64,000 bases of DNA from an uncultured bacterium (GTDB lineage: Bacteria > Zixibacteria > MSB-5A5 > GN15 > FEB-12), in assembly GCA_965372795.1 (NCBI GenBank), contig CBDVDR010000006.1, positions 64,001 to 128,000 of the forward strand, in the 5' to 3' direction. A program made the translations under genes and the position numbers. The notes below the pieces were generated by a model. The model had not been told where the DNA came from. It was given only the letters and a program-made list of their open reading frames with translations, and ran no database searches. The first letter of the stretch is position 1; every line of letters starts with the position of its first letter. Positions 50,797 to 61,318 of the stretch are shown in pieces.

Positions 50797-52146
50797 TTAA
50801 AAGTCAGGCCTCATATTAAACCCATCATAGGGATATGCCAGCCGATATTCACCATCCTCATTTTCATCAATAAATACAAATTTACGATATCTTCCATCTC
50901 GATAATAATGCCATTCCTGATAAGGTCTTCGATTGGGAGACAGCGGAAAATCTTCAAGTTGATCAGGTTCTCCATACATAATGTATGTTCTTCCACGATC
51001 AGTTTTCCACCCATCCCTCCTCAAATAAGAATACCTTGAGGTAGCATGTCTCACCCGGCGATAGAATTCAGTTTTATATTCATTATCTGATGTTCCGGGT
51101 GTTGGATCCCTTAATTCCCAGAATTCCTTAAATGCCTGGATTCTTAATTTTAAATCTTCAATTTTCTTCATCTCGTCAATTTCGCCATCATTTGCAATAA
51201 AGGATAACTGCTTAAGGACAACATCATAGTCATGTTTGATAAACATTTCAGGGGTCATTTGAATATTAAAAGCTTTATGTTTGGAATCAAATTTCTTCTT
51301 TCGGTTACTTCGAAGTTCGATTTCAAGTTCATAATCCCCGGGACGGAAATCATCAATTACAATATCTCTTAACTGCATTGATCGCGGGTATTCAATCGGT
51401 ACTGTTACACTATCACGATAGATCATTTTACCATATTTATGATCACGGAGAATTGTAATCATTACTGCTTCTTTTACATCTTTTTTCCCCGGATAAATTT
51501 CGACATAAAACAGTAGGTGGTTTTCTCTATTTAAACCGCCATAGATATGGGTAACTGATGGAACAACAGCAATATTCCCTTTATTAAATGGGCTTGTTTC
51601 CGATTGTATTTCTCCGAATGCCTGGGAGAATTCAATTTCAGAAAACTTTGGAGATTTCTTATCATATTTTTTTAAATTAACTTTCAAATCTTTGGTATTA
51701 ACTTTTCGGCTATGTTTATCTCTCAATGTTACAATAATTTTATATTTTCCAGGATCCAAATCAAAATTCATTTGTAAAGTTCTGAAATCAGCCAAAGATT
51801 TTGTTTTGTCGATTGAGTTTACAATAATTGTCTTGGGAATTTTATCTAAAACTACTTCGTTTTTCTTTTTATCTAAGATAGTCAGCTCAACTTCATAATT
51901 CGCTATATACTGATTGTTCTCTTCTTTAAAAGATAAAAAATAATTGTATATCTGATAATAAATTTCAAGGCGAACTTTGTCGGGCTGGTCTGATTTAAAT
52001 ATGGAATAATCAATAGGAATACTTTTTAATCGGATATTGCCTACATCCCCAAATTGAAATAACTCTCTCGATTCAGTTGAAAAAACTGAAATAAGAATTA
52101 TTAAAATTATCGCCGTAAATGTATTATTTATTTTCTTCATATTCAT
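50797..52146 (-). CDS. GWxTD domain protein
   Basis: Signal peptide; FWELRDPTPGTSDNE..GWKTDRGRTYIMYGEPD..EWHY..FVFID. Confidence 0.88.
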   Translation of the reverse strand: MNMKKINNTFTAIILIILISVFSTESRELFQFGDVGNIRLKSIPIDYSIFKSDQPDKVRLEIYYQIYNYFLSFKEENNQYIANYEVELTILDKKKNEVVLDKIPKTIIVNSIDKTKSLADFRTLQMNFDLDPGKYKIIVTLRDKHSRKVNTKDLKVNLKKYDKKSPKFSEIEFSQAFGEIQSETSPFNKGNIAVVPSVTHIYGGLNRENHLLFYVEIYPGKKDVKEAVMITILRDHKYGKMIYRDSVTVPIEYPRSMQLRDIVIDDFRPGDYELEIELRSNRKKKFDSKHKAFNIQMTPEMFIKHDYDVVLKQLSFIANDGEIDEMKKIEDLKLRIQAFKEFWELRDPTPGTSDNEYKTEFYRRVRHATSRYSYLRRDGWKTDRGRTYIMYGEPDQLEDFPLSPNRRPYQEWHYYRDGRYRKFVFIDENEDGEYRLAYPYDGFNMRPDF

Positions 52147-52236
52147 CTTTATAACAAATTTAGTTAAAGGTCAGTTCCAAATTGTTACAAGTCGTCAATA
52201 TAACTATTTTATAAACGTAAGAAAGTAAGAAAACAT

Positions 52237-53487
52237 CTATTCGTAATGAAGAGCTGCGATAGGATCAAGCAACGATGCTTTGTATGCAGGATATATTCCT
52301 GAAATTAATCCAACAGAGACCGAGACAGTAAATCCAACAATAATCCAAAAAATAGATATCGTAACCGGAAAACCAAGCAATGAATTGATTGACATGCCGG
52401 CAATAAGTCCAAAAATTACGCCTATTACTCCACCGGCTGCAGATAATGTCACAGCTTCGGTTAAAAATTGAATAATTATGTTAGATCGCTTAGCTCCAAT
52501 TGCCTTCCTAATACCTATTTCCCGCGTTCTTTCAGTGACCGAGACCAGCATGATATTCATAACTCCAATGCCCCCAACCAGAAGCCCGACAGAAGTTATC
52601 AGAATCATTGCCATGTAGATATAGTTAGTAATATTAGATACGTAATCCTTGAAATTATCCTGAGTAGATATTGCAAAGTTATTACCTTTGTTAAAAGGTA
52701 CTTTACGATAAACTCGCAGAGCACTGATAAGTTCTTCTTTGGCAAGTTCTATATTTTCAAATAAATCAGCTTTAGTGATAAGAAATAATTCTTCTTCCCA
52801 GGGATGAATCTTTTCAAAAGTAGATAATGGCATTATAATTTGGTTGTTCTCTCCATCATTATCAAAGTTTGATTCTTTCTTTTCGAAAACACCAATAACC
52901 TCAAATTTATTTCCGTTTGCCCTAATCTCTTTTCCAATAGGGTTCTCCCCTTCAAACAATCCTTCAACAACGTCATCACCTATCACACAGACCATCGCTC
53001 GAAACTGTAGATCAGTTGAATTTAAAAATCGCCCTTTAGCCAGAGTTGAGTTATTGACTTTCATATAATCGGGCCAGGTCCCCATCAGAGCAGGCCGGTT
53101 GGCTTTTCGGTTTTTATATTTAACTACATTACCACCACGGTTAAAATAATAATTTTGGGGAGAGACCCCATCTATGTGAGGACAGTTCTCAACTATTACC
53201 TTAGCTTCACCGATTGTAATCGGAGGGCGGTTTCGATCCTCTTCAGAAAGCTGACCTCTGTCAACATCAAAAGGATGTTTTGTAATCATTATGGTATTTG
53301 AGCCGATACTGTCAATCTCTTCATTAAACGCACCATCGAGCCCATTAACAATTGACGCCAGTCCGATTACGGAACTAACTCCGATCATAACACCCAGAAT
53401 AGTTAATCCCGAACGCATCTTACTTGCTCTTAATGACGAGAGAGCCATCAAAATTGCTTCTTTTATTTCAATAGGAGTTAATACCAT
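52237..53487 (-). CDS. MacB/FtsX-family ABC permease
   Basis: RSGLTILGVMIGV; GGIGVMNIMLVSVTERTREIGIRKAIGA. Confidence 0.93.
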   Translation of the reverse strand: MVLTPIEIKEAILMALSSLRASKMRSGLTILGVMIGVSSVIGLASIVNGLDGAFNEEIDSIGSNTIMITKHPFDVDRGQLSEEDRNRPPITIGEAKVIVENCPHIDGVSPQNYYFNRGGNVVKYKNRKANRPALMGTWPDYMKVNNSTLAKGRFLNSTDLQFRAMVCVIGDDVVEGLFEGENPIGKEIRANGNKFEVIGVFEKKESNFDNDGENNQIIMPLSTFEKIHPWEEELFLITKADLFENIELAKEELISALRVYRKVPFNKGNNFAISTQDNFKDYVSNITNYIYMAMILITSVGLLVGGIGVMNIMLVSVTERTREIGIRKAIGAKRSNIIIQFLTEAVTLSAAGGVIGVIFGLIAGMSINSLLGFPVTISIFWIIVGFTVSVSVGLISGIYPAYKASLLDPIAALHYE

Positions 53488-53490
53488 TTT

Positions 53491-54714
53491 TTACTCATAA
53501 CTCAAAGCTTTAATAGGGTCCAACCGGGCAGCTTTCATAGCCGGATATATTCCAAAAACTACGCCAATTCCGATAGATATAACAAGGCCGGCAGTAATAG
53601 CAAACACCGAAGGTTGAATTTGCATATCAATCATATTAACCAGTGATCTAGCAATCAAATAGCCGAAAACAATGCCGGCAACACCTCCTGTAAATGTAGT
53701 CATAAGAGCTTCAATCAAAAATTGCCCGAGAATATGTGACTGTTTTGCACCAATCGCCTTTCGGATGCCAATCTCCCGTGTCCTTTCGGTAACCGAAACC
53801 ATCATAATATTCATAACGACAATCCCGCCTACAACAAGTGAAATCGAAGAAATCCCAACCAATCCAAGACGGAATATTTTGGTAATGGAATTTAACTGTT
53901 CCAGAATTGCATCAGCAGTAATTAGTGAAAAGTCATCCGGTTTATTATATGGGACATGACGGTTCGATCTTAAAACCATCCGTACCTGATCCATTGTTTC
54001 ATCTAATACTTCAACCGATCTTGCTTTGACTAATATTGAGGAAAACCGGCCTGGTTGACCAAACTGCTTGATATGAGCGGTAAGAGGAATCACACAAAAG
54101 CTATCACGATTCTGACCAAACATAGAACCTTGTTTATTCGCAACCCCGATTACAGTGTATTTTTGCCCATCTAATTTTATTGTTTTACCAATCGGGTCTA
54201 TGCCTTCAAAGAAAGTTTCCCGTAATAATTCTCCAATAAATACTACATGACGCTTCTCAAAATCATCTCCGGGAGCATGAAATCTCCCTTGTTCCACTTC
54301 AAAATCAACAATATCAATAAAATTGGATGTCGATCCGATTACGAAAACATTTTTTAATGATTGTGAACCATATTTTATCTGGGCATTATTAAAACTGCGA
54401 GGACAGATTTTCTCACAAAGGTTGCAGGATTCATCGATTTCATCAACCAGATCAATGTCAATCGGCTTACGTTTCATCATTTCAAGATATTCTTCTTCAG
54501 AGGTTACAACCCCGTCAAAGGCTGCAATTATAAATGTTGACGGACCTAACTTATCAAGTTGCGCCTCGACGCCGTCCATCATTCCCTCAAGGGCTGATAT
54601 AATAGTCATAACCGAGGTTACACCGATGATTACACCCAACAATGTTAAAGAGGTGCGAAGTCGATTTGCTAATAAAGCAAGTAAGGCAATTTTTGAAAGT
54701 GCGCCTGTTATCAT
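53491..54714 (-). CDS. MacB/FtsX-family ABC permease
   Basis: Same signature motifs as the neighbouring permease; start taken at ATG 54714, just after the ATPase stop. Confidence 0.92.
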   Translation of the reverse strand: MITGALSKIALLALLANRLRTSLTLLGVIIGVTSVMTIISALEGMMDGVEAQLDKLGPSTFIIAAFDGVVTSEEEYLEMMKRKPIDIDLVDEIDESCNLCEKICPRSFNNAQIKYGSQSLKNVFVIGSTSNFIDIVDFEVEQGRFHAPGDDFEKRHVVFIGELLRETFFEGIDPIGKTIKLDGQKYTVIGVANKQGSMFGQNRDSFCVIPLTAHIKQFGQPGRFSSILVKARSVEVLDETMDQVRMVLRSNRHVPYNKPDDFSLITADAILEQLNSITKIFRLGLVGISSISLVVGGIVVMNIMMVSVTERTREIGIRKAIGAKQSHILGQFLIEALMTTFTGGVAGIVFGYLIARSLVNMIDMQIQPSVFAITAGLVISIGIGVVFGIYPAMKAARLDPIKALSYE

Positions 54715-54715
54715 T

Positions 54716-55423
54716 TTATTGAACGCCGTTTCTAATGTCCTTAGATACGATCGTATCACTATCAATTTTACCATCAAGAATTGAAAGAACCCGGTCGGCT
54801 TGATTTGCAATAGACTGTTCATGTGTCACAACTATAATAGTGTTACCCTGGTCGTGAAGGTCATTAAACAGTTTCATGATTTCAACCGAAGTTTTACTGT
54901 CCAGGTTTCCGGTTGGTTCATCAGCTAATATTAACGATGGATTATTAACTAAGGCTCTTGCAATCGCAACTCTTTGTCTTTGACCTCCGGAAAGTTCACT
55001 TGGTTTGTGAGTAATTCGATCAGAAAGTTCAACCTTTTCTAAAGCTAATTTTGCGAGATGATCACGTTCATCAGTCTGAGTGCCATTATATATTAAAGGC
55101 AGCTCGACATTATGGAGGGCTGTTGCCCTTGGCAAGAGATTAAATGTCTGAAAGACAAAACCAATTTCCCTATTTCGAATATTAGCCAGTTCATCATCAT
55201 TCATAGAGCTGACACTTTTATCATTCAGGAAATATTCCCCTTTGGAAGGGGTGTCAAGGCAGCCGATAAGGTTCATCAAAGTTGATTTACCTGAACCGGA
55301 TGGTCCCATAATTGCAACATACTCACCTTTTTCAATTTTGATTGTGACACCACTGAGAGCATGAACATTTTCAGTTCCCATAGTGTAGGTTTTCCAGATA
55401 TCTTTTGTTTCTATAAGAGTCAT
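54716..55423 (-). CDS. ABC transporter ATP-binding protein (LolD/MacB-type)
   Basis: [31 protein letters not shown]. Confidence 0.95.
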   Translation of the reverse strand: MTLIETKDIWKTYTMGTENVHALSGVTIKIEKGEYVAIMGPSGSGKSTLMNLIGCLDTPSKGEYFLNDKSVSSMNDDELANIRNREIGFVFQTFNLLPRATALHNVELPLIYNGTQTDERDHLAKLALEKVELSDRITHKPSELSGGQRQRVAIARALVNNPSLILADEPTGNLDSKTSVEIMKLFNDLHDQGNTIIVVTHEQSIANQADRVLSILDGKIDSDTIVSKDIRNGVQ

Positions 55424-55424
55424 G

Positions 55425-56729
55425 TTATTTCTCAGATTTCTTTTTTTCAATTTCTACTAGTTCACCATCTTTTATTGAACGTAATACCCGATATGGACCG
55501 GATACAACTGAATCTCCTTCAGCAATACCGTTCAATATTTCAATATTCTTTTTATCTGCAATTCCAGTTTTAATTTCAACAAATTGAGCCAAACCGTCTT
55601 TTATAACAAAAACACCTTTCAAATCCAGAGCTTTTTCATCAGAATCCTGTTTACTTTCAACTGATTCATTTTCCGCGGCATGGACATCAGTCGCCGTCAA
55701 TGGAGAATCATTTGAAGTTTCGCCACTTCTCGCCAGTAACAAAGAGTCCATATCATAATTACGAAACACAACCGAGCTATATGGAATAGAAAGAGCATTG
55801 TCGCTTTTATTTGTTGTAACTTCAACCGTTGCAGACATTCCCGGTCGAATTTTTACATTTGGATCGTTAAATACTACTTTCACCAAAAAGTTAGTTGATT
55901 GATTCTGTGTTCCACCACCTAAGATAGCAGTATTTCCAATTTCCACAACTTCTCCCGAAAATACTGTATCAGGGAAGGCATCTACTTCTATTTCAACTTC
56001 CTGTTTTAATTCAATTTTGTTTATTTCGGTTTCATCAATTTCAACTTCAACTTCAAAGACCGAAAGATCGGAAATTGTCATTAAGGTTCTGCCTTGAGTA
56101 AAAGCAGTTTGAGCAGCTGCAATTTCTCCAACTTCACAATCTAAAAATGTAATTATTCCATTCATTGGCGGGACGATTACAGCTTTACTAAGATTATCAA
56201 GCTGTTTTGCATATCTTGCCTCGGATTGAGACTTCTGAGCCTGAGTAGCTTCATAATTAGCCTTACTGTTCAAATATGTGTATTTAGCATTATTGAAAAC
56301 AACTTCAGGAATTTGTTCTTTTTCAAACAGCTTTTTCTGGATTTCAAAGTCTTCTTCTGCTTTTTGCAGTGAAGCTTTAAAGCCGGTCAAACGTGCTTTG
56401 ACTTCACTTAAAGCATACCTTGCCTGGTCTACATCCGATCTCAACTGAACGGTATCCAGCACAACCAAAAGGTCACCTTTATTGACATAGTCACCTTCGC
56501 TAACATATAGACTGATAATTTCGCCAGTTATTTCTGATGTAATATCAACTTTAGTTTGAGGTTGAATTCTGCCGGAGGCTGAAACCGTTTCAATAAGTTT
56601 CCGACTATCGGCTGCTTCAGCATTTACTTTTGTCGCTTTATCGGTATTGGTAGTAAAGTTCAATACGATAATAGCCACGATCAGAATTCCGATGCCTCCG
56701 AATGTCAATATTTTTTTCTTCTTATTCAT
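55425..56729 (-). CDS. Periplasmic adaptor / membrane fusion protein (MacA-like)
   Basis: N-terminal TM, lipoyl-like [13 protein letters not shown], coiled coil, IRPGMSA. Confidence 0.92.
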   Translation of the reverse strand: MNKKKKILTFGGIGILIVAIIVLNFTTNTDKATKVNAEAADSRKLIETVSASGRIQPQTKVDITSEITGEIISLYVSEGDYVNKGDLLVVLDTVQLRSDVDQARYALSEVKARLTGFKASLQKAEEDFEIQKKLFEKEQIPEVVFNNAKYTYLNSKANYEATQAQKSQSEARYAKQLDNLSKAVIVPPMNGIITFLDCEVGEIAAAQTAFTQGRTLMTISDLSVFEVEVEIDETEINKIELKQEVEIEVDAFPDTVFSGEVVEIGNTAILGGGTQNQSTNFLVKVVFNDPNVKIRPGMSATVEVTTNKSDNALSIPYSSVVFRNYDMDSLLLARSGETSNDSPLTATDVHAAENESVESKQDSDEKALDLKGVFVIKDGLAQFVEIKTGIADKKNIEILNGIAEGDSVVSGPYRVLRSIKDGELVEIEKKKSEK

Positions 56730-56788
56730 TATACAACCTTATTATTCCCTTCATTTCGATTAGCTTTAGGGATTGTATTATCTTTCAT

Positions 56789-58111
56789 TTAGTTATAAAT
56801 CTTACCCATTGATTTTTCAATTTTTGCAACCGCAAGGTTTAGATCAAACTCTGCCTTAATCAATGAGACTTGAGCTTCTTTCAAAGAGACCTGGGCATTC
56901 AGCAGATCCAAAATTGTTGCTGCTCCAAGATCGTATTTTTCCTGGGTAATACGCAAATCCTCAACAGATGCATCAACATTTTCCTGTGAAACAGTTTTCT
57001 GTTCTTGAAGTCTTTCAATATCGAGAAAGGCTGTTTTGATATCTTTAACCAGCCAGTTTTTTGAATCTGAATAGTTTGCTCTGGCATTGTTCAGCTTTAT
57101 CTTGGCTGAACTAATATTTCTTTCACGGCTAAAACCATCAAAAATATTCCAGGAAATCTGAAATCCATATGATCTAGAATTTGAGCTTGAAGTTATCAAA
57201 GTTGGGTCACCATAACTTTGAGGTCCGATTCCTTCTGAATGTCGGTAAGAAGCATTGAGACTTAGCTTTGGTAAATATTCAGCTTTTCTTGATTTTAAAC
57301 CATACTTTGAAGCATCAACCTCTTTTTTAGCAGACAACAAGAACGGTGTATTTTGAAAAGCATAGCTCAGTGCTTCATCCATCGTACCATTATAAATCGA
57401 TTCAATATATTTTGGAGAAAAACTTACATCACTTTTTGGATCCACACCAATAGTATAGGCAAGCGCTGCTTTGGAATTTGTTACGGCATTTTCTCCTGAC
57501 AATAAAGTAAGCCGGTCACGACCAAATTGCACTTTTTGTTTTAAGACATCAGATTTTGCAGCCGATCCAAGTTCAAATCTCGACTCAATTAATTTTAACT
57601 GTTCTTCACTTCTCTTAACAGCTTCCTTTTGAACTTCAACATTTTCAACCGAGGCCAAATACGCATAATAAGAAGTTTTAACAGCATAAATTAAATCCAG
57701 TTCAGAATTTAGTACATTTAGCCTGGCTTTTTCCTGATCTACTTTTGATCCGATGTAATTAAACCATGACGGGATATTAATTCCCCACATATTTGCTGAA
57801 ATACTTAAAAATTTATCAGATCTGTCTTCCTGATCGCCAAAAGAAATATCACCAATTTCCAAATCAGTTGTTTTCGATTTTGTGTATGAATATGAAGTAT
57901 TAATTCCCGGTAAAAAAGCGCCCAACGCCGCTCTTTTATTATCATTTGAACGAGTTAATTCACCTCGGACAGCAACAATGGAAGCTCGGTTTTTGAGGGC
58001 TAAATCAATACAATCATCAAGCGTTAATTGTTCAGCCTGGACAACATTCGAAAATAACAAACCTATAATCAGGGTTAAAAGTGTAATAGTTTTAATCGTG
58101 ACAGATCTCAT
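56789..58111 (-). CDS. TolC-family outer membrane factor
   Basis: LTLDDCIDLALKN, YLPKLSL, SWNIFDG, YDLGAATILDLL. Confidence 0.92.
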   Translation of the reverse strand: MRSVTIKTITLLTLIIGLLFSNVVQAEQLTLDDCIDLALKNRASIVAVRGELTRSNDNKRAALGAFLPGINTSYSYTKSKTTDLEIGDISFGDQEDRSDKFLSISANMWGINIPSWFNYIGSKVDQEKARLNVLNSELDLIYAVKTSYYAYLASVENVEVQKEAVKRSEEQLKLIESRFELGSAAKSDVLKQKVQFGRDRLTLLSGENAVTNSKAALAYTIGVDPKSDVSFSPKYIESIYNGTMDEALSYAFQNTPFLLSAKKEVDASKYGLKSRKAEYLPKLSLNASYRHSEGIGPQSYGDPTLITSSSNSRSYGFQISWNIFDGFSRERNISSAKIKLNNARANYSDSKNWLVKDIKTAFLDIERLQEQKTVSQENVDASVEDLRITQEKYDLGAATILDLLNAQVSLKEAQVSLIKAEFDLNLAVAKIEKSMGKIYN

Positions 58112-58126
58112 ATAAAACTCCTTAAG

Positions 58127-58843
58127 TTAAAACAGTGCCATCACTGCAGTAAAAAGTACTTGCAAAATAGATAACATTCCTATTGATAGGACAGACAAGA
58201 CATACCCTTTGTTGCGTGGTACATTATAAATTACTGATAATCCGATACCAACAACGATAATTTCCCATATAATAAATAAATCAATTTTAGATAATGCGAT
58301 ATACATCAACGATTGAGGACCTTCACCAGCGGCTAAAATTCCAAGTGATAATGATGTTAAAAGACTTCCTTTGGCAAGCATCATTGGTAAAACTATTATT
58401 CTACCAATTATAAATAATACTTCGCCATATAACATCACAGAGAGTAATTGTTTGAAGTTCGCTTTCCCACCATATACAAAATTACCCCAGAAAAGAGCTA
58501 AGGCTGCCGCAATTAACGGAGTTAATCCCAGAGCAATCGGTCCGAGAATGAGAGTTGTCATTCTCATAGCAGTTTTAATCTGATCTGTAATTGGAGCACC
58601 CTGCAGTCGTTCCTGCATTTCCGGCATCGAAAGCTGCATTTCAACAACCATATCAACTATTGTATAAAAGAATGCTATACCGATACCAATGATAAAAATA
58701 TATGGAATTAGAATTTTCGGATTATCTTTTAGATAAGCGAAAAATTCAGAAGGTTTTGTCATCACTTCATATAATCCCTGAAATGATGAACTTTTTGGAG
58801 CTATCGTTTCCTCAACAACAGCCTGATTATTTTCGTTTTCCAT
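58127..58843 (-). CDS. Yip1-family membrane protein
   Basis: KPSEFF, five TM segments, IDLFIIW; first gene of the exporter operon. Confidence 0.8.
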   Translation of the reverse strand: MENENNQAVVEETIAPKSSSFQGLYEVMTKPSEFFAYLKDNPKILIPYIFIIGIGIAFFYTIVDMVVEMQLSMPEMQERLQGAPITDQIKTAMRMTTLILGPIALGLTPLIAAALALFWGNFVYGGKANFKQLLSVMLYGEVLFIIGRIIVLPMMLAKGSLLTSLSLGILAAGEGPQSLMYIALSKIDLFIIWEIIVVGIGLSVIYNVPRNKGYVLSVLSIGMLSILQVLFTAVMALF

Positions 58844-58872
58844 TTATCTCTCCCTCAGTTCTTAAATTTAGT

Positions 58873-58898
58873 TACGTTTTTTTATAAAAATAGTTTCA
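58873..58898 (-). promoter_or_regulatory. SigW-type ECF promoter of the Yip1-TolC-ABC operon
   Basis: Minus strand TGAAAC-N16-CGTA, 30 nt before the start codon. Confidence 0.68.
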
Positions 58899-58972
58899 GA
58901 ATCATATATTAGTTTTAAATTATTACAATCGAATGAGTGAAATATTCAGATAAAACGCAAGAAATTATAAAA

Positions 58973-59004
58973 AAAAGGTACAGTAGTCAAATACTGTACC
59001 TTTT
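58973..59004 (-). terminator. Terminator after hppA
   Basis: AAAAGGTACAGTA-GTCAAA-TACTGTACCTTTT. Confidence 0.85.
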
Positions 59005-59023
59005 AAACCGTTATTTTTTAGTC

Positions 59024-61024
59024 TTAATTAAAAAGATATGGACCAACGACTAATGATACAATTGCCATTAGTTTGATCAAAATATTCATAGCCGGACCAG
59101 ATGTATCCTTGAAAGGATCACCAACAGTATCACCAACGACAGCCGCTTTATGAGCGTCGGAGCCTTTACCGCCATGGGCACCGGATTCAATATATTTTTT
59201 CGCATTATCCCAGGCACCGCCGGCATTTGCCATCATCAGCGCCAACATAACACCAGACATTGTAGCACCGGCAAGCATGCCGCCTAAGCCTTCTTTACCA
59301 AGCAACAAACCAATAACAATCGGTGAAAGAATCGCTGTAACACCGGGGGCTACCATCTGAGCCAGAGCGCCCTTAGTTGCAATATCAACACAGCGACCGG
59401 TATCAGGCTTGGCTTTTCCTTCCATCAATCCGGTTATTTCGCGGAATTGACGACGGACTTCCTCAACCATTTGAGCGGCGGCTTTTCCAACCGCAGTCAT
59501 TGTTAAGGAGGCTACAAAGAACGGCAGAACACCGCCGAGGAAAAATCCAATAACAACTTTCGGCTCAAGAATATTTATTACCGTTAAGTTAACGGCTGAA
59601 GAATATGCTGAAAAAAGTGCTAAGGCTGTTAAGGCAGCAGAACCAATCGCAAATCCTTTACCGATAGCGGCTGTGGTATTGCCAAGAGAATCAAGTTTAT
59701 CGGTAATCGCACGAACTTCTGGTCCTAAGCCAGCCATTTCAGAGATACCACCGGCGTTATCAGCAATCGGTCCATAGGCATCAACAGACATTGTGACGCC
59801 AATAGTACCTAACATGCCTACTCCGGCAATACCGATACCGTATAAGCCGGCAAAGGAATAACCTACATAAATTGCAATACAAATTACAATTACCGGGAAT
59901 AAAACTGATTCCATTCCTACGGCAAGACCGGAGATAATATTTGTTGCCGAACCGGTTTCTGAAGATTTAGCAATTTTTCTAATCGGACCTGCAGCAGTAT
60001 AGTATTCAGTCAGTAAGCCTAAAATAATACCTGCAACATTACCGCCAATAATTGCCCAAAAAACATTTCTATCAATTTTTAACCATTCAATAATATAAAA
60101 TGATCCTATCAGCATAACTAAGGCACCTACGTAAGTGACGAGTCTTAACGCCGAAGCAGGATTCATACTTGAGAAAACACGAACTGACAAAATACCGAGC
60201 ATTGAAGCAATCGCTCCAAAGGCTACGATTAAAAGCGGCAGTTCCATGTAAGCCATACGGTTGGCCATAATGACATCTGATAATGTTCCGGAAGTAATTG
60301 TTGCTGCAATTGCAAAAGTTGCAATTATTGAACCAACATAAGATTCAAAAAGATCGGCCCCCATACCGGCAGTATCACCAACATTATCTCCAACATTGTC
60401 AGCGATAACAGCAGGGTTCCGAGGATCATCTTCCGGAATCCCAGCTTCTACTTTTCCTACAAGGTCAGCACCGACATCAGCAGCTTTGGTAAAGATACCG
60501 CCACCTACACGGGCAAACAGAGCGATTGACGATGCTCCCATTGCAAAACCGTTAATGGTAGAAGCAGTTGCCGGATCACCTCCGAAGAAATAATAGACAA
60601 CGCCAACGCCGATCAATCCAAGCGAGGCGACTGACATCCCCATTACAGCACCGCCTGAAAATGCGATGGACAATGCCATTGCTTGACCGGAATCTTTTGC
60701 GGCTGCAGTAGTACGAACATTAGAACGAGTAGCTGCTTTCATTCCAAAAAAGCCAGCCAACATCGAACAACCGGTACCGCCTAAAAAGGCGTATCCGGTA
60801 TGCAGTGAAATTTTCCATGATAATAAAGCAAAAACAATAACAATAAATATTGCTAAGATTGAGTATTCTCGTTTTAAAAATACCATTGCTCCATCATGAA
60901 TTGTTTCAGAAATTTCTCTCATTAGATCTGATCCGGTTGGTTTTCTTTTGATCCAGAAAAAGAGGATCAAGGCAAAAAGAAGCCCAACCAGGCCAATTAC
61001 GGCTGATAATAAGCCAGAATTCAT
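59024..61024 (-). CDS. hppA: Membrane-bound ion-translocating pyrophosphatase, K+-dependent type
   Basis: [34 protein letters not shown] (Ala determinant), [10 protein letters not shown]. Confidence 0.95.
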   Translation of the reverse strand: MNSGLLSAVIGLVGLLFALILFFWIKRKPTGSDLMREISETIHDGAMVFLKREYSILAIFIVIVFALLSWKISLHTGYAFLGGTGCSMLAGFFGMKAATRSNVRTTAAAKDSGQAMALSIAFSGGAVMGMSVASLGLIGVGVVYYFFGGDPATASTINGFAMGASSIALFARVGGGIFTKAADVGADLVGKVEAGIPEDDPRNPAVIADNVGDNVGDTAGMGADLFESYVGSIIATFAIAATITSGTLSDVIMANRMAYMELPLLIVAFGAIASMLGILSVRVFSSMNPASALRLVTYVGALVMLIGSFYIIEWLKIDRNVFWAIIGGNVAGIILGLLTEYYTAAGPIRKIAKSSETGSATNIISGLAVGMESVLFPVIVICIAIYVGYSFAGLYGIGIAGVGMLGTIGVTMSVDAYGPIADNAGGISEMAGLGPEVRAITDKLDSLGNTTAAIGKGFAIGSAALTALALFSAYSSAVNLTVINILEPKVVIGFFLGGVLPFFVASLTMTAVGKAAAQMVEEVRRQFREITGLMEGKAKPDTGRCVDIATKGALAQMVAPGVTAILSPIVIGLLLGKEGLGGMLAGATMSGVMLALMMANAGGAWDNAKKYIESGAHGGKGSDAHKAAVVGDTVGDPFKDTSGPAMNILIKLMAIVSLVVGPYLFN

Positions 61025-61270
61025 TTAACTAATCTCCTGTCAAGATATTAGTGTTTAATAAGTTATACATTATTTCCACTTAAAATTTAGCTGAAAATAT
61101 AGAGGCAGACCGACGTTTTTGCAAGATAAATTTTGGATTATTTAAGTATTATATTCCATTCATTCAGAGCCCGATAAAGCGACCTGAACTATCTTGCTTT
61201 CAAAGACTTACCTTCACAGACATAAATCTCTCTTTTGTTTATTTTCATTAAAATAAAATAATTAGCAATA

Positions 61271-61298
61271 AAAAAGCCGACATCTAAGGATGCCGGCT
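61271..61298 (-). terminator. Terminator after the lipoprotein gene
   Basis: Minus strand AGCCGGCATC-CTTA-GATGTCGGCT-TTTT. Confidence 0.8.
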
Positions 61299-61318
61299 AA
61301 ATATATTCTTGTCTAAAT

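Noticed and set aside
61025..61260. Riboswitch upstream of hppA
   Set aside because: No consensus I can recognise and no convincing expression platform; an Rfam scan would be needed.
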